Positions 63,297-64,000 of a stretch of 64,000 nucleotides of DNA are shown piece after piece; the stretch's first letter is position 1; each line of letters begins with the position of its first letter. The DNA is from Podarcis tiliguerta (Eukaryota). A program made the translations under genes and the position numbers. Under the pieces are notes generated by a model. The model was given only the letters and a program-made list of their open reading frames with translations, was not told where the DNA came from and ran no database searches. The stretch is from assembly GCA_965153285.1 (NCBI GenBank), contig OZ229117.1, one strand, 5' to 3'.

Positions 63297-64000
63297 CTGG
63301 AGGAAGGGCAGAAAAGAAAATTAGGCCGAGGCCGGGCCGTCAAGCACACAAGAAGCCTGTCTTTCTTGTGGGGAACCCCCCTTCCACCTCCATGCCCAAT
63401 TCTATGGCATCTATCAAGTCCTGCCTATTCCACCTCAATAATCTGTATGGGGCAGGATGGGGGTGGGTGGGTCAGGTTGCTGATGTCAGCGCTGAGTGCA
63501 GGCGCCTGTCTGTTTACACTACTTTTTAATCCTCGTTTTTCACACTTGAAGTGCATATTGTTTGGCCCAACCTGATTTCTGTAATTGTCAGGGTGATTAA
63601 TTAAATGAATGATGATAATGGTAATACAGAGGGGGCCAGAACACAACACTCAGCTTCCCCACCCACCCTAAAGAGCACAGGAGGGAGTTTTAAGAACAGC
63701 TCTTTGGGCTGAACTTCAGGCCCTGAGGTAAACACAACACATGGACTTTCTGAGGGGTGCCCATGAAACGCCCACCATCCTTCTGCTGGCCCCACAGCAA
63801 GGAGAAGAGAAAGGAGTCTGTCAGGAAAACCCACAGGGGCACTTTGGAGTGGGAAGGAGAGGGAGGAGAAGACACACAGAATATTTCTCCTGTCTCGACA
63901 GAAGACTCAGGAGACCCTCTACGGCGCCTTTGCTTTAAACTTCTCTCACCTCTAAAGAAGGCGAAGCGCCCGTCTTGCCTCTCATATGCAGCATCGATGT

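Overview
Vertebrate genomic DNA, almost certainly a squamate lizard. A Sauria-type SINE and the CR1/L2/Penelope/MITE landscape suggest a lacertid, which is an inference. The window holds four spliced protein-coding genes in the conserved amniote order: CCDC113/CFAP263 (minus, coding exons 1-6, continuing off the left edge), CSNK2A2 (plus, 11 coding exons, 350 aa, plus a non-coding 12th exon), CFAP20 (plus, 6 coding exons, 193 aa) and the 3' end of MMP15 (minus, last three exons and a ~3.1 kb 3'UTR). Exons were assembled by hand with GT-AG boundaries and phase checks. Most ORF-track entries are chance or antisense ORFs. The main leads are: (1) a strong-context in-frame CUG upstream of CSNK2A2 that would add a 60-aa Arg-rich, acid-free, targeting-peptide-like extension; (2) a 188-bp MITE with P-element-type ends, an 8-bp TSD and clustered THAP-type binding motifs, nested in a Sauria SINE; (3) a Penelope fragment carrying a minimal hammerhead ribozyme; (4) a 3'UTR intron with two alternative 3' ends in CSNK2A2; (5) a CR1 tail forming the 3' splice region of an MMP15 exon.
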